64,000 bases of DNA from Ranitomeya imitator (Eukaryota): the NCBI RefSeq assembly GCF_032444005.1, contig NC_091289.1, positions 9,052,001-9,116,000 on the forward strand, read 5' to 3'. Numbering within the stretch: position 1 is the stretch's first letter; the number at the start of each line of letters is the position of its first letter. Under the pieces are notes generated by a model. That model did no database searches, had not been told where the DNA came from, and was given only the letters and a program-made list of their open reading frames with translations. A program made the translations under genes and the position numbers. Of the stretch, positions 1 to 11,535 are shown one piece after another.

Positions 1-556
1 CTACACAGCACTCTATCCAGCTCTGTACATAGCACTCTATACAGCTCTGTAATTAGCATTCTACACAGCACTCTATACAGCTCTGTAATTAGCACTCTAC
101 ATAGCACTCTATACAGCTCTGTAATTAGCATTCTACACAGCACTCAATACAGCTCTGTACTTAGCACTCTACACAGCACTCAATACAGCTCTGTACTTAG
201 CACTCTATACAGCTCTGTAATTAGCACTCTACACAGCACTCAATACAGCTCTGTAATTAGCACTCTACCCTGCTCTCAATACAGCTCTGTACTTAGCACT
301 CTATACAGCTCTGTAATTAGCACTCTACACAGCACTCAATACAGCTCTGTAATTAGCACTCTACACAGCACTCAATACAGCTCTGTACTTAGCACTCTAC
401 CCTGCACTCTATACAGCTCTGTATTTAGCACTCTACACAACACTCTACACAGCTCTGTATTTAGCACTCTACCCTGCTCTCAATACAGCTCTGTACTTAG
501 CACTCTACACAGCTCTGTATTTAGCACTCTACCCTGCTCTCAATACAGCATTCTAC
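1..556. repeat. Tandem minisatellite (about 24-bp unit AGCACTCTATACAGCTCTGTAATT interleaved with 11-12-bp sub-units), truncated by window start
   Basis: Directly visible reiteration of ACAGCTCTGTA(A/C/T)TTAGCACTCT. Confidence 0.9.
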
Positions 557-852
557 TGGAGCTAGAAGTCCACACTGACATAACTTGTATTACTGTTTGT
601 ATGAATGCAATCTGGGGACGGCATAATCTTTGAGGCCACGTGAGACCCCCACCTCCAGGCTTTGTTGGCCTACCCTCATCGCCCCTATAAGTTGGGTCTG
701 TTCATGTCTACAGCAATATACAGACTTTCTGCCTATATCTGAGACTCAGAGAGCCGAGTGCCAACCAGTGTGTGAGCTATAATGTCGCCATATTGGTTGT
801 CAGCCATATAGATAAGAGCTCCAAACAACCTCATATAGGAGAAGAGCCCTAA

Positions 853-1214
853 GGCTATATTCACACTTTGCGGATTTTGCTGCGGATCCGCAGCGGATTT
901 GACCGCTGCGGATCCGCAGCAGTTTCCCATGAGTTTACATTTCAATGTAAACCTATGGGAAACAAAAAACGCTGTGCACATGCTGCAGAAAAATCCGCGC
1001 GGAAACGCTGCGGATTACATTCCGCAGCATGTCACTTCTTTTCTGCGGATTTTCAGCTGCTCCAATAGAAAACTGCAGTTGAAAATCCGCAGAAGAAAAC
1101 GCAGTAAAAACCGCGATAAATCCGCAGTAAAAACCGCGATGGGTTTTCACTGCGGATTTTGCAATTCCGCTGCGGAAAAATCCGCAGTGGAATCTGCAAA
1201 GTGTGCACATAGCC
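853..1214. mobile_element. MITE, PIF/Harbinger-like
   Basis: TIRs GGCTATATTCACACTTTGC / GCAAAGTGTGCACATAGCC; flanks TAA and TGA; interior rich in (A)ATCCGCAG repeats; no ORF. Confidence 0.75.
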
Positions 1215-3065
1215 TGAATGTTACAGACCCCGTCTGGGAAAAACAGAGTGGGGGCGATTGTGCCACATTCTTGGTCCATTATCCTCTGTACCGTGTTCTC
1301 TCCGGGCCGGATATTAGAGATGGCAGAGCTTCGGCCCCCGCTCTATCCATAATCCTCGCCGTCGCACATTCTCCTCTCCGAAATCTAGGAAAGGATTTGC
1401 ATATTTAGCGTCGCTGTTCAAAGCGTTGCGATGCCGGATCTGATCTGCGCAGTAAGAGCAGACCTCAGTGATGCTCCACAAGGGGGGACAATAGGAGCCG
1501 TCCGCATTCTCCCCCCAGTCCTGGAGTAAAATCCCATTCTGGGAAAGCTGGGTGAGAAGCAATATGGCCGCCCATGGGTCTCACAGGGGTCATCACCAAA
1601 CAGCACAATCACCCCTTGCTGGGGTCCTTGTACACAAGCAGACCCCCGCTCCGCACTCACGTCTCCATTTACCCTATTGCCTTGTGCCCTGTAGATATTT
1701 CCCGCTGCCATATATGAGCTTTTATAGGACTAGAAGCCCCATGAAGATTCCACAGCGCAAGTGATCAATTAGGGGGCTGGGAAGATGGCGACTGTAACAG
1801 GGGCCCTCCGCTGGGCCCCATAAAGAGGCTCTCCTGTCCTGTCCTGTCAGTCTTAGTCTGGTTGGGCTGTTCCTCTCCTATTCCTCCTGGAAATGACTAA
1901 AACTGACAACCGGGAGCTACTATTCTTTCTGTCAAATGGGTCCCAGCACATTCTATCAAGTGGAAGTAGAAGCGTCTACAATAAATAACTCCATATGCTG
2001 TCAGCAAGCAGAGATCTTGAAACCAGTGAGGAATTGTATCACAGAAAACCCGAATCATTGTAGCATTTGCACCTTTTTTGTGAAGTCCTGGGAGTTTTTC
2101 GCTTCTTTTTATTCACCTGTGAATTTTTCTCTCTTTTTCTGTTATTGTGGGTAGGGATTGGGGTTTCCAGATATTTTCGGCTGAGTCATCAATTTTGACC
2201 TTTTAAAATGTCGCAAAAAAAAAAAGCCCTCTAGTGCTGAAATAGGTTTTCGTACTTTTTTTCCTGTAAAATTTGATACATTTTAGTGGAAAGTGACTTA
2301 TTACACTAAAATGTTGCAAACAAGGTTAAAGACAAAACTAAAAAGTATTATGGATTTTGTGCAATATTCATGAACCCGCGTGCGCTATGATGAAGAATTT
2401 GGCACAAAAATAACAAAAAAACACGAGAAGCGACTTTAAAAAAAAAAAAAAACACGAATGATATATTTGGACAAAGTTGCAGAACTTTTCTTTAGAGATT
2501 CATTTCCATAAACCCAGAAATCCTCGTTAATGATCTTCTGGTCACAGAAAGGAACCGACAGATGGACAAGGACAACTCTCCCCACCATTGTCTGCCAGCT
2601 CAGGAGGGGGAGGGGAGGCATCCATAGGTGCTGGGACCGTATTCAGGGGAGACAGGGGAAGAATTTCTAATCTCCAAATTCCGACATAAAGTTCAGATCC
2701 CAGCTGTGAACTTTCTTCATAACTCGGGGGGCTCAGATGAGGGGAGATCTTATTGTAGCCACTAATGAAGCTCCTCAGAACGTGCAGCAGCGATCACTGG
2801 GGGTCCGCTCATCAATGATCCAACACGCCGCGTTACCCAGTCAACCGGAGAAACTTTCTGTCACCATAGCGACTCCGTAATGAGGGTCCTGAAGCTGAAA
2901 GTCCATGGAAAGTTTTTCTAATATTCTATTCAGCCATGTCCAGGGTATATTGGCGGGTTGACAGCCCCCACAGCCCACTTCTGAGCAGATAGAAAATACA
3001 CTGTGACACAAAGTGACATCATCCTGCATTAGGTGTCAGTCATTACTGCAGTGCCGGTGTAAGAG

Positions 3066-6000
3066 GCCAGAATATACCCCGTCCCAGACTATGCCCGGGG
3101 TTAATGTGGCCTAGGCCAGAGTATACCCCTCCAGGCCAGAATATACCCCATCCCAGTCTATACCCGGGGTTAATGTGGCCTAGGCCAGGATATACCCCTC
3201 CAGGCCAAAATATACCCCGTCCCAGTCTATGCCCGGGGTTAATGTGGCCTAGGCCAGAATATACCCCTCCAGGCCAGAATATACCCCGTCCCAGTCTATG
3301 CCCCGGGTTAATGTGGCCTAGGTCAGAGTATACCCCTCCAGGCCAGAATATACCCCGTCCCAGTCTATGCCCGGGGTTAATGTGGCCTAGGCCAGAATAT
3401 ACCCCTCCAGGCCAGAATATACCCCGTCCCAGTCTATGCCCGGGGTTAATGTGGCCTAGGCCAGAATATACCCCTCCAGGCCAGAATATACCTCGTCCCA
3501 GTCTATGCGCGGGGTTAATGTGGCCTAGGCCAGAGTATACCCATCAGGCCAGAATATCCCCCGTCCCAGACTATGCCCGGGGTTAATGTGGCCTACGTCA
3601 GAATATACCCCGTCCCAGACTATGCCCGGGGTTAATGTGGCCTAGGTCAGAGTATACCCCTCCAGGCCAGAATATCCCCCGTCCCAGTCTATGCCCGGGG
3701 TTAATGTGGCCTAGGCCAGAGTATACCCCTCCAGGCCAGAATATGCCCCGTCCCAGACTATGCCCGGGGTTAATGTGGCCTAGGTCAGAGTATACCCCTC
3801 CAGGCCAGAATATACCCCGTCCCAGACTATGCCTGGGGTTAATGTGGTCTAGGCCAGAATATACCCCTTCAGGCCAGAATAGACCCCGTCTCAGTCTATG
3901 CCCGGGGTTAATGTGGCCTAGGCCAGAATATACCCCTCCAGGCCAGAATATACCTCGTCCCAGCCTATGCCGGGGTTAATGTGGCCTAGGCCAGAGTATA
4001 CCCCTCCAGGCCAAAATATACCCCGTCCCAGTCTATGCCCGGGGTTAATGTGGCCTAGGCCAGAGTATACTCCTCCAGGCCAGAATATACCCCGTTCCAG
4101 ACTATGCCCGGGGTTAATGTGGCCTAGGCCAGAGTATACCCCTCCAGGCCAGAATATACCCTGTCCCAGACTATGCCCGGGGTTAATGTGGCCTAGGCCA
4201 GAGTATACCCCTCCAGGCCAAAATATACCCCATCCCAGTCTATGCCCGGGGTTAATGTGGCTTAGGCCAGAGTATACTCCTCCAGGCCAGAATATACCCC
4301 ATCCCAGACTGTGCCCGGGGTTAATGTGGCCTAGGCCAGAGTATACCCCTCCAGACCAGAATATACCCCATCCCAGACTATGCCCGGGGTTAATGTGGCC
4401 TAGGCCAGAGTATACTCCTCCAGGCCAGAATATACCCCATCCCAGACTATGCCCGGGGTTAATGTGGCCTAGGCCAGAGTATACTCCTCCAGGCCAGAAT
4501 ATACCCCATCCCAGACTGTGCCTGGGGTTAATGTGGCCTAGGCCAGAGTATACCCCTCCAGGCCAGAATATACCCCATCCCAGTCTATGCCCGGGGTTAA
4601 TGCGGCCTAGGCCAGAGTATACCCATCAGGCCAGAATATACCCTGTCCCAGTGTATACCCGGGGTTAATGTGGCCTAGGCCAGAGTATACCCATCAGGCC
4701 AGAATATACCCCGTCCCAGACTATGCCCGGGGTTAATGTGGCCTACGTCAGAGTATACCCCTCCAGGCCAGAATATACCCCGTCCCAGACTATGCCCGGG
4801 GTTAATGTGGCCTAGTTCAGAGTATACCCCTCCAGGCCAGAATATCCCCCGTCCCAGTCTATGCCCGGGGTTAATGTGGCCTAGGCCACAGTATACCCCT
4901 CCAGGCCAGAATATGCCCCGTCCCAGACTATGCCCGGGGTTAATGTGGCCTAGGCCAGAGTATACCCCTTCAGGCCAGAATAGACCCCGTCCCAGTCTAT
5001 GCCCGGGGTTAATGTGGCCTAGGCCAGAATATACCCCTCCAGGCCATAATATACCTCGTCCCAGCCTATGCCGGGGTTAATGTGGCCTAGGCCAGAATGT
5101 ACCCCTCCAGGCCAGGATATACCCCGTCCCAGACTATGCCCGGGGTTAATGTGGCCTAGGTCAGAGTATACCCCTCCAGGCCAGAATATACCCCGTCCCA
5201 GTCTATGCCCGGGGTTAATGTGGCCTAGGCCAGGATATACCCCTCCAGGCCAAAATATACCCCGTCCCAGTCTATGCCCGGGGTTAATGTGGCCTAGGCC
5301 AGAGTATACCCCTCCAGGCCAAAATATACCCCGTCCCAGTCTATGCCCGGGGTTAATGTGGCCTAGGCCAGAGTATACTCCTCCAGGCCAGAATATACCC
5401 CGTTCCAGACTATGCCCGGGGTTAATGTGGCCTAGGCCAGAGTATACCCCTCCAGGCCAGAATATACCCCGTCCCAGACTATGCCCGGGGTTAATGTGGC
5501 CTAGGTCAGAGTATACCCCTCCAGGCCAGAATATCCCCTGTCCCAGTCTATGCCCGGGGTTAATGTGGCCTAGGCCAGAGTATACCCCTCCAGGCCAGAA
5601 TATGCCCCGTCCCAGACTATGCCCGGGGTTAATGTGGCCTAGGTCAGAGTATACCCCTCCAGGCCAGAATATACCCCGTCCCAGACTATGCCCGGGGTTA
5701 ATGTGGCCTAGGCCAGAATATACCCCTTCAGGCCAGAATAGACCCCGTCCCAGTCTATGCCCGGGGTTAATGTGGCCTAGGCCAGAATATACCCCTCCAG
5801 GCCAGAATATACCTCGTCCCAGCCTATGCCGGGGTTAATGTGGCCTAGGCCAGAATGTACCCCTCCAGGCCAGGATATACCCCGTCCCAGACTATGCCCG
5901 GGGTTAATGTGGCCTAGGTCAGAGTATACCCCTCCAGGCCAGAATATACCCCGTCCCAGTCTATGCCCGGGGTTAATGTGGCCTAGGCCAGGATATACCC

Positions 6001-6829
6001 CTCCAGGCCAAAATATACCCCGTCCCAGTCTATGCCCGGGGTTAATGTGGCCTAGGCCAGGATATACCCCTCCAGGCCAAAATATACCCCGTCCCAGTCT
6101 ATGCCCGGGGTTAATGTGGCCTAGGCCAGAGTATACCCCTCCAGGCCAAAATATACCCCGTCCCAGTCTATGCCCGGGGTTAATGTGGCCTAGGCCAGAG
6201 TATACTCCTCCAGGCCAGAATATACCCCGTTCCAGACTATGCCCGGGGTTAATGTGGCCTAGGCCAGAGTATACCCCTCCAGGCCAAAATATACCCCGTC
6301 CCAGTCTATGCCCGGGGTTAATGTGGCCTAGGCCAGAGTATACTCCTCCAGGCCAGAATATACCCCATCCCAGACTGTGCCCGGGGTTAATGTGGCCTAG
6401 GCCAGAGTATACCCCTCCAGACCAGAATATACCCCATCCCAGACTATGCCCGGGGTTAATGTGGCCTAGGCCAGAGTATACTCCTCCAGGCCAGAATATA
6501 CCCCATCACAGACTGTGCCCGGGGTTAATGTGGCCTAGGCCAGAATATACCCCATCCCAGTCTATGCCCGGGGTTAATGTGGCCTAGGCCAGAGTATACC
6601 CATCAGGCCAGAATATACCCTGTGCCAGTGTATACCCGGGGTTAATGTGGCCTAGGCCAGGATATACCCCTCCAGGCCAAAATATACCCCGTCCCAGTCT
6701 ATGCCCGGGGTTAATGTGGCCTAGGCCAGGATATACCCCTCCAGGCCAAAATATACCCCGTCCCAGTCTATGCCCGGGGTTAATGTGGCTTAGGCCAGAG
6801 TATACCCCTCCAGGCCAGAATATACCCCC
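3066..6829 (+). repeat. 69-bp minisatellite, about 55 copies
   Basis: Unit CCAGGCCAGAATATACCCCGTCCCAGTCTATGCCCGGGGTTAATGTGGCCTAGGCCAGAGTATACCCCT; period 69 checked (3241 to 3310). Confidence 0.97.
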
Positions 6830-6832
6830 CTT

Positions 6833-7225
6833 GGACAACCATGGCGTACATATAAAACCAAAGGTGATGGGAACTGCTACTTCCGGGCCATCAGCTACAT
6901 CCTGACAGAACAGAGGACAATCACTCCCTTCTCAGAGATAAAGTCATCCACCGCATGAAAACTGCCATGACAAAAAAGACAGGACTACTTGAGTCAAGAT
7001 GTGACTGAATCTGTGAACACCTCTGGCATCTCTCGTAATGGAGTCTGGGCAACTGATGCAGAGATCATGGCCACAGCGAATCTGTTGAATTGCGACATTG
7101 TCATCCACACAAATGTCGGTGACTCCATGGATTGGTTGACATCCCGCAAACTTTAATCTGCAGTCAACAACAGAGCAGGCACTTTATCCTGAAAATAAGC
7201 AGGATCATATTAATGTATCAGTGTT
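6833..7225 (+). pseudogene. Frameshifted OTU-family cysteine protease domain fragment (transposon-derived)
   Basis: Translation across about 3 frameshifts: GQPWRTYKTKGDGNCYFRAISYILT / TEDNHSLLRDKVI...GVWATDAEIMATANLLNCDIVIHT...ALYPENKQDHINV. Shows OTU motifs GDGNCxFRAIS (Cys codon 6875-6877), W-x-T-D-x-E-I-x-A and terminal His (7206-7208). Confidence 0.75.
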
Positions 7226-7392
7226 TGCCTTTAACCGTTTATATTGTAGCAAGGACTTGCTAGTCTACAGTAAGGCCATGGATAAAAAGTCGCATGCAAC
7301 AAGTCGCCGTGTGTCCCTGCCCTAAAGGTCCCAATACACCGGGCAACTATTATGTGATTTGGGTGGGTGATCAGGAAAAACACCAAAATTTG

Positions 7393-8479
7393 GGCCTGGA
7401 GGGGTATACTCTGGCCTAGGACACTTTAACACCGGGCATAGTCTGGGACGGGGTATATTCTGGTCTGGAGGGATATATTCTGGCCTAGGACACTTTAACC
7501 CCGGGCATAGTCTGGGACGGGGTATATTCTGGCCTGGAGGGATATATTCTGGCCTAGGACACTTTAACCCTGGGCATAGTCTGGGACGGGGTATATTCTG
7601 GCCTGGAGGGGTATATTCTGGCCTAGGACACTTTAACCCCGGGCATAGTCTGGGACAGGGTATATTCTGGTCTGGAGGGATATATTCTGGCCTAGGACAC
7701 TTTAACCCCGGGCATAGTCTGGGACGGGGTATATTCTGGCCTGGAGGGGTATAATGTGGTCCAGGACACTTTAACCCCGGGCATAGTCTGGGACGGGGTA
7801 TATTCTGGCCTGGAGGGGTATATTCTGGCCTAGGACACTTTAACCCCGGGCATAGTCTGGGACGGGGTATATTCTGGCCTAGGACACTTTAACACCGGGC
7901 ATAGTCTGGGACGGGGTATATTCTGGCCTGGAGGGATATATTCTGGCCTAGGACACTTTAACACCGGGCATAGTCTGGGACGGGGTATATTCTGGCCTGG
8001 AGGGGTATCATGTGGTCCAGGACACTTTAACCCCAGGCATAGTCTGGGACGGGGTATATTCTGGCCTGGAGGGGTATATTCTGGCCTAGGACACTTTAAC
8101 ACCGGGCATAGTCTGGGACGGGGTATATTCTGGCCTGGAGGGGTATCATGTGGTCCAGGACACTTTAACACCGGGCATAGTCTGGGACGGGGTATATTCT
8201 GGCCTGGAGGGGTATATTCTGGCCTAGGACACTTTAACCCCGGGCATAGTCTGGGACGGGGTATAGTCTGGCCTGGAGGGGTATAATGTGGTCCAGGACA
8301 CTTTAACCCCGGGCATAGTCTGGGACGGGGTATAGTCTGGCCTGGAGGGGTATAATGTGGTCCAGGACACTTTAACCCCGGGCATAGTCTGGGACGGGGT
8401 ATAGTCTGGCCTGGAGGGGTATAATGTGGTCCAGGACACTTTAACCCCGGGCATAGTCTGGGACGGGGTATATTCTGGC
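7393..8479 (-). repeat. Inverted variant of the 69-bp minisatellite, about 16 copies
   Basis: Reverse complement matches the 3066-6829 unit except GTTAAAGTGTCCT instead of GTTAATGTGGCCT; period 69 (7441 to 7510). Confidence 0.95.
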
Positions 8480-8882
8480 AGCGGCATTACATTCATGAGC
8501 CATGCAATAAGTTTGGGATGCAGAAGAGGGGATGTCATGACCATAGATCAAAATATATCTAGGAAACAGGGCTCCATGGAGGTAACAAGTCACCCAGTAT
8601 CTCCTTCTCCCCAACCCGGGAAATGGGACTAAAGACTATAATATTAGGAGATGTCTCCGGAAGGAAATGTCCGCGGCAGGTAAGACGTTCAATACCGCAA
8701 TACAGAGCAAAATGGAGGACGGGGGAGAAGAGCGCGCCGCTACATGAGATACAGGATAACATCTGCTCGCTGCTGGGAAAGAACAGAGACATTCTGCAGA
8801 AAAATGGAAAATCCCCAGGAAATAATATTCTTCACCAGCCCCCAGAATTCCCACCTGGCAGTAGAAGAGACCCCTAGATTAA

Positions 8883-9258
8883 GGCTATGTGCACACGTTG
8901 CAGATTTGACTGGAATTTTCTGTGGAGATTCTGAATTTCTTGGCAGAAAACGCAGGTCAGAATCTGCGCCTTTTTTTTGGTCTGTGCACACGTTGCAGAT
9001 TTTTGAGCAGATTTCTTTCTTTTTTCCCCCCTGCAGATTTCTATTATGGAATGGGTGCAGAAACGCAGCAGATCTGCACAAAGAATTGACGTGGTCCTTT
9101 TTTGAATCTGCTGCGTTTTCTGTGCGGATTTTTCCACACCATCGCAACATTTTTTTTTTTTGCCATTGATTTACATTGTACTGTAAAACGCTTGCAGAGT
9201 TTCTGAGCGGAAAAAAAGCTGCAGTTCTGCAGGAAATCTGCAACGTGTGCACATACCC
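8883..9258. mobile_element. MITE, PIF/Harbinger-like (same terminal family as 853-1214)
   Basis: TIRs GGCTATGTGCACACGTTGCAGATT / ATCTGCAACGTGTGCACATACCC; flanks TAA and TTA. Confidence 0.8.
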
Positions 9259-10334
9259 TTATACTTACGGGGAATGGTATAACTTCATGGAGCGATACCC
9301 CACAGTACTGTCCCCCATACATTGTCCAAAATTCAAGCAGTGCTGCAGAGTAAAGTAAGGGGGAGGGAAAAAAGTATACACATCAATCCATGGTGTATAA
9401 ATTCTAGTGCGACTATTCCCTCTCCCCTATACTTTACACTGCAGTACTGCATGTAAGCAAATCAGTAGATGAGCTGCTAACCTGAAGAAGCTGTACTGAA
9501 GGGTAAAGTATAGGGGAATGAGAATATCACCTCATCTACTGAATTTTTGCTTATATGCAGCAGCCAATCTAAACAAGCAGCACTGCGGTGTAAAGTATCG
9601 GGGAGAGGGAATAGTCGGCTAATCTGCTGTACTAGAATGTATACACCGCAGCCCACCAGGACAATTAGTGAGAGAAATGTCTGCGGACCTTATGCCTATC
9701 CATAGCAGCCAGTTGGAACAGGCAGTGCTGCACTATAAAGCATGGCAGCACAAAACAGTTGCATATTATTTATTATATACAGCTAATAATCCAGACTCTG
9801 ACAATCTGCACCTGTCTGGATCCATTGATGCCGCATTTTTTTTTTTTTGCAGTAGAGACACCAAGGCCTTCTGCTGCCATATAAAAGCTAAACCTGTATC
9901 TGCGGCCCCCTCCTCCCGGGCAGAGACCATCAACTAAAAGCGGAATTATTCGTCCCTCGGGCTCCAGCTCTGGAGATACATACAAATGAATCAGCCGCCA
10001 ACGAGAGCGTCCTGCAGATTGTCCACAGGCTGCGCTAATGCGTCTGGCCCGCGCCTCATTAGTATTGATTAAGCCACAAAATAGCTGCATGCCCCCTGGA
10101 CCAGGGACGGGGCCCCCCTCTAATGTTTGAGAGCCCCCACAATCCAGAGAATGAGGGGATCCCCAGGGTTTGGGGAGAGACGCACCAAACCTCCATATTC
10201 AGGTGGCTGGAAGGTGTAAGAACCTCTGGTCTGAACACGGCTTCTCCCATCCCGAAGCGACGATGATGTCGGCTCTGTCTTATAAAGCTTCTGGGCCAAG
10301 ACTGAAATTCTCACCGAGACTGATGACAAGTTAA

Positions 10335-10546
10335 AGGGGCTGTCTGGTGCCTGGAGCCCCTTTCAGGTGATGTTTGGAGGGGCTGAGATGTCAGCCCAGT
10401 TCTGGAACACTACATGTGCCAGGCAATGCATGGTGTGAACACTCACTGATAATAATGGATGACACTGTCGGTCATCGCTCCCAATACTCCCACCACAAGC
10501 AGTGATCGCATAGGATAAGGGTCTATGTGATGATATAGCGCCCCCT
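10335..10546. mobile_element. T2-type (TTAA-target) MITE
   Basis: TTAA|AGGGG ... CCCCT|TTAA; short termini only. Confidence 0.5.
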
Positions 10547-11228
10547 TTAATGGAACCATTAGACGTATAAATATCTGCGTAGTTTGTGTCCAAACAGACC
10601 AAAAACTTGTGTGTAAATGGTAAAAGGAGTCCGTCAGCGCAAACTGAGCATATACACTAAGCACCCAGACGTGTAGGGGACATTGCCCCCATAAGAATCG
10701 CTCCAATCACTGCCTCCTCTGCAGAATCTGAAGGTCAGTCACTTATGCTAATTAGGTGCCCAGTGCAATCTGGGTGTGTCCGAGGAGTTCTGCACCATTC
10801 GTCCCCGCCTCCGTTACGTATGATTGACAGCACCAGATTTTCTGCACACAAAAAAGGCGACACTACATGGACCGCGGCCTAATACTGTGTTCCCACGATG
10901 AATTTTTGGTGACGTTTTTACATCAAGAACTCACCAACAGCTCATCATGGGGACATTGTGTTATTAGGCGTCGAGTCAAGATTCGCTGATTATCGGCACG
11001 TGGGAAAACACTCGTTCATTGAGCGCTTGGATCGTTCCTGCCTGCATTAAAATCATTGTTCTTGGCAGCACATTGCCCTGTGTAATCTGGAGATGTGCTG
11101 CCGATTACATGATGTTCCCGGCGGGCGGAACTAACGTATTCCTGATCTTTCTGTGCACAGAGAGCTCTGGTCTGAACAGGTGCCAGAAGATCGGCAGTCG
11201 TTCAATGGCTGCAGTCAGGACCGACTAA

Positions 11229-11535
11229 GGCTACGTTCACATTAGCGTTGCGCCGCTGTTGCGTCGGCGACGCAGCGGCGACGCGCCCCTATGTTTAACA
11301 TAGGGGACGCGTGCGTTTTTTGGGTGGCGTTTTTCGCCACGTGCGTCGTTTCCGACGCTAGCATCGGACGCAAGAAAATGCAACAAGTTGCATTTTCTGT
11401 GCGTCCGATTTTCGTCAAAAACGACGCACGCGTCGCAAAACGCGCGCGTTTTTGCGCGCGTTTGCGCGCGTTTTAACATGCGTCGCGCGTTGCGTCGCCG
11501 ACGCAGGGCGGCGCAACGCTAATGTGAACGTAGCC
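11229..11535. mobile_element. CpG-rich palindromic MITE, PIF/Harbinger-like
   Basis: TIR GGCTACGTTCACATTAGCGTTGCGCCGC continuing imperfectly to about 45 bp; exact TAA TSD on both sides (11226-11228, 11536-11538). Confidence 0.9.

Larger units (their letters stand above)
3058..8491. mobile_element. Ginger1-like non-autonomous foldback DNA element with minisatellite TIR arrays and an OTU remnant
   Basis: CCGG (3054-3057) then TGTAAGAGGCCAGAAT; 69-bp array 3066-6829; decayed OTU domain 6833-7225; inverted 69-bp array 7393-8479; TTACA at 8487-8491. Right-hand TSD not found. Confidence 0.55.

Noticed and set aside
3104-6905. Long Pro-rich ORFs (MWPRPEYTPPGQNIPRPSLCPGL)n
   Set aside because: Artefact of a 69-bp unit divisible by 3; frames break repeatedly and are not in frame with the OTU remnant
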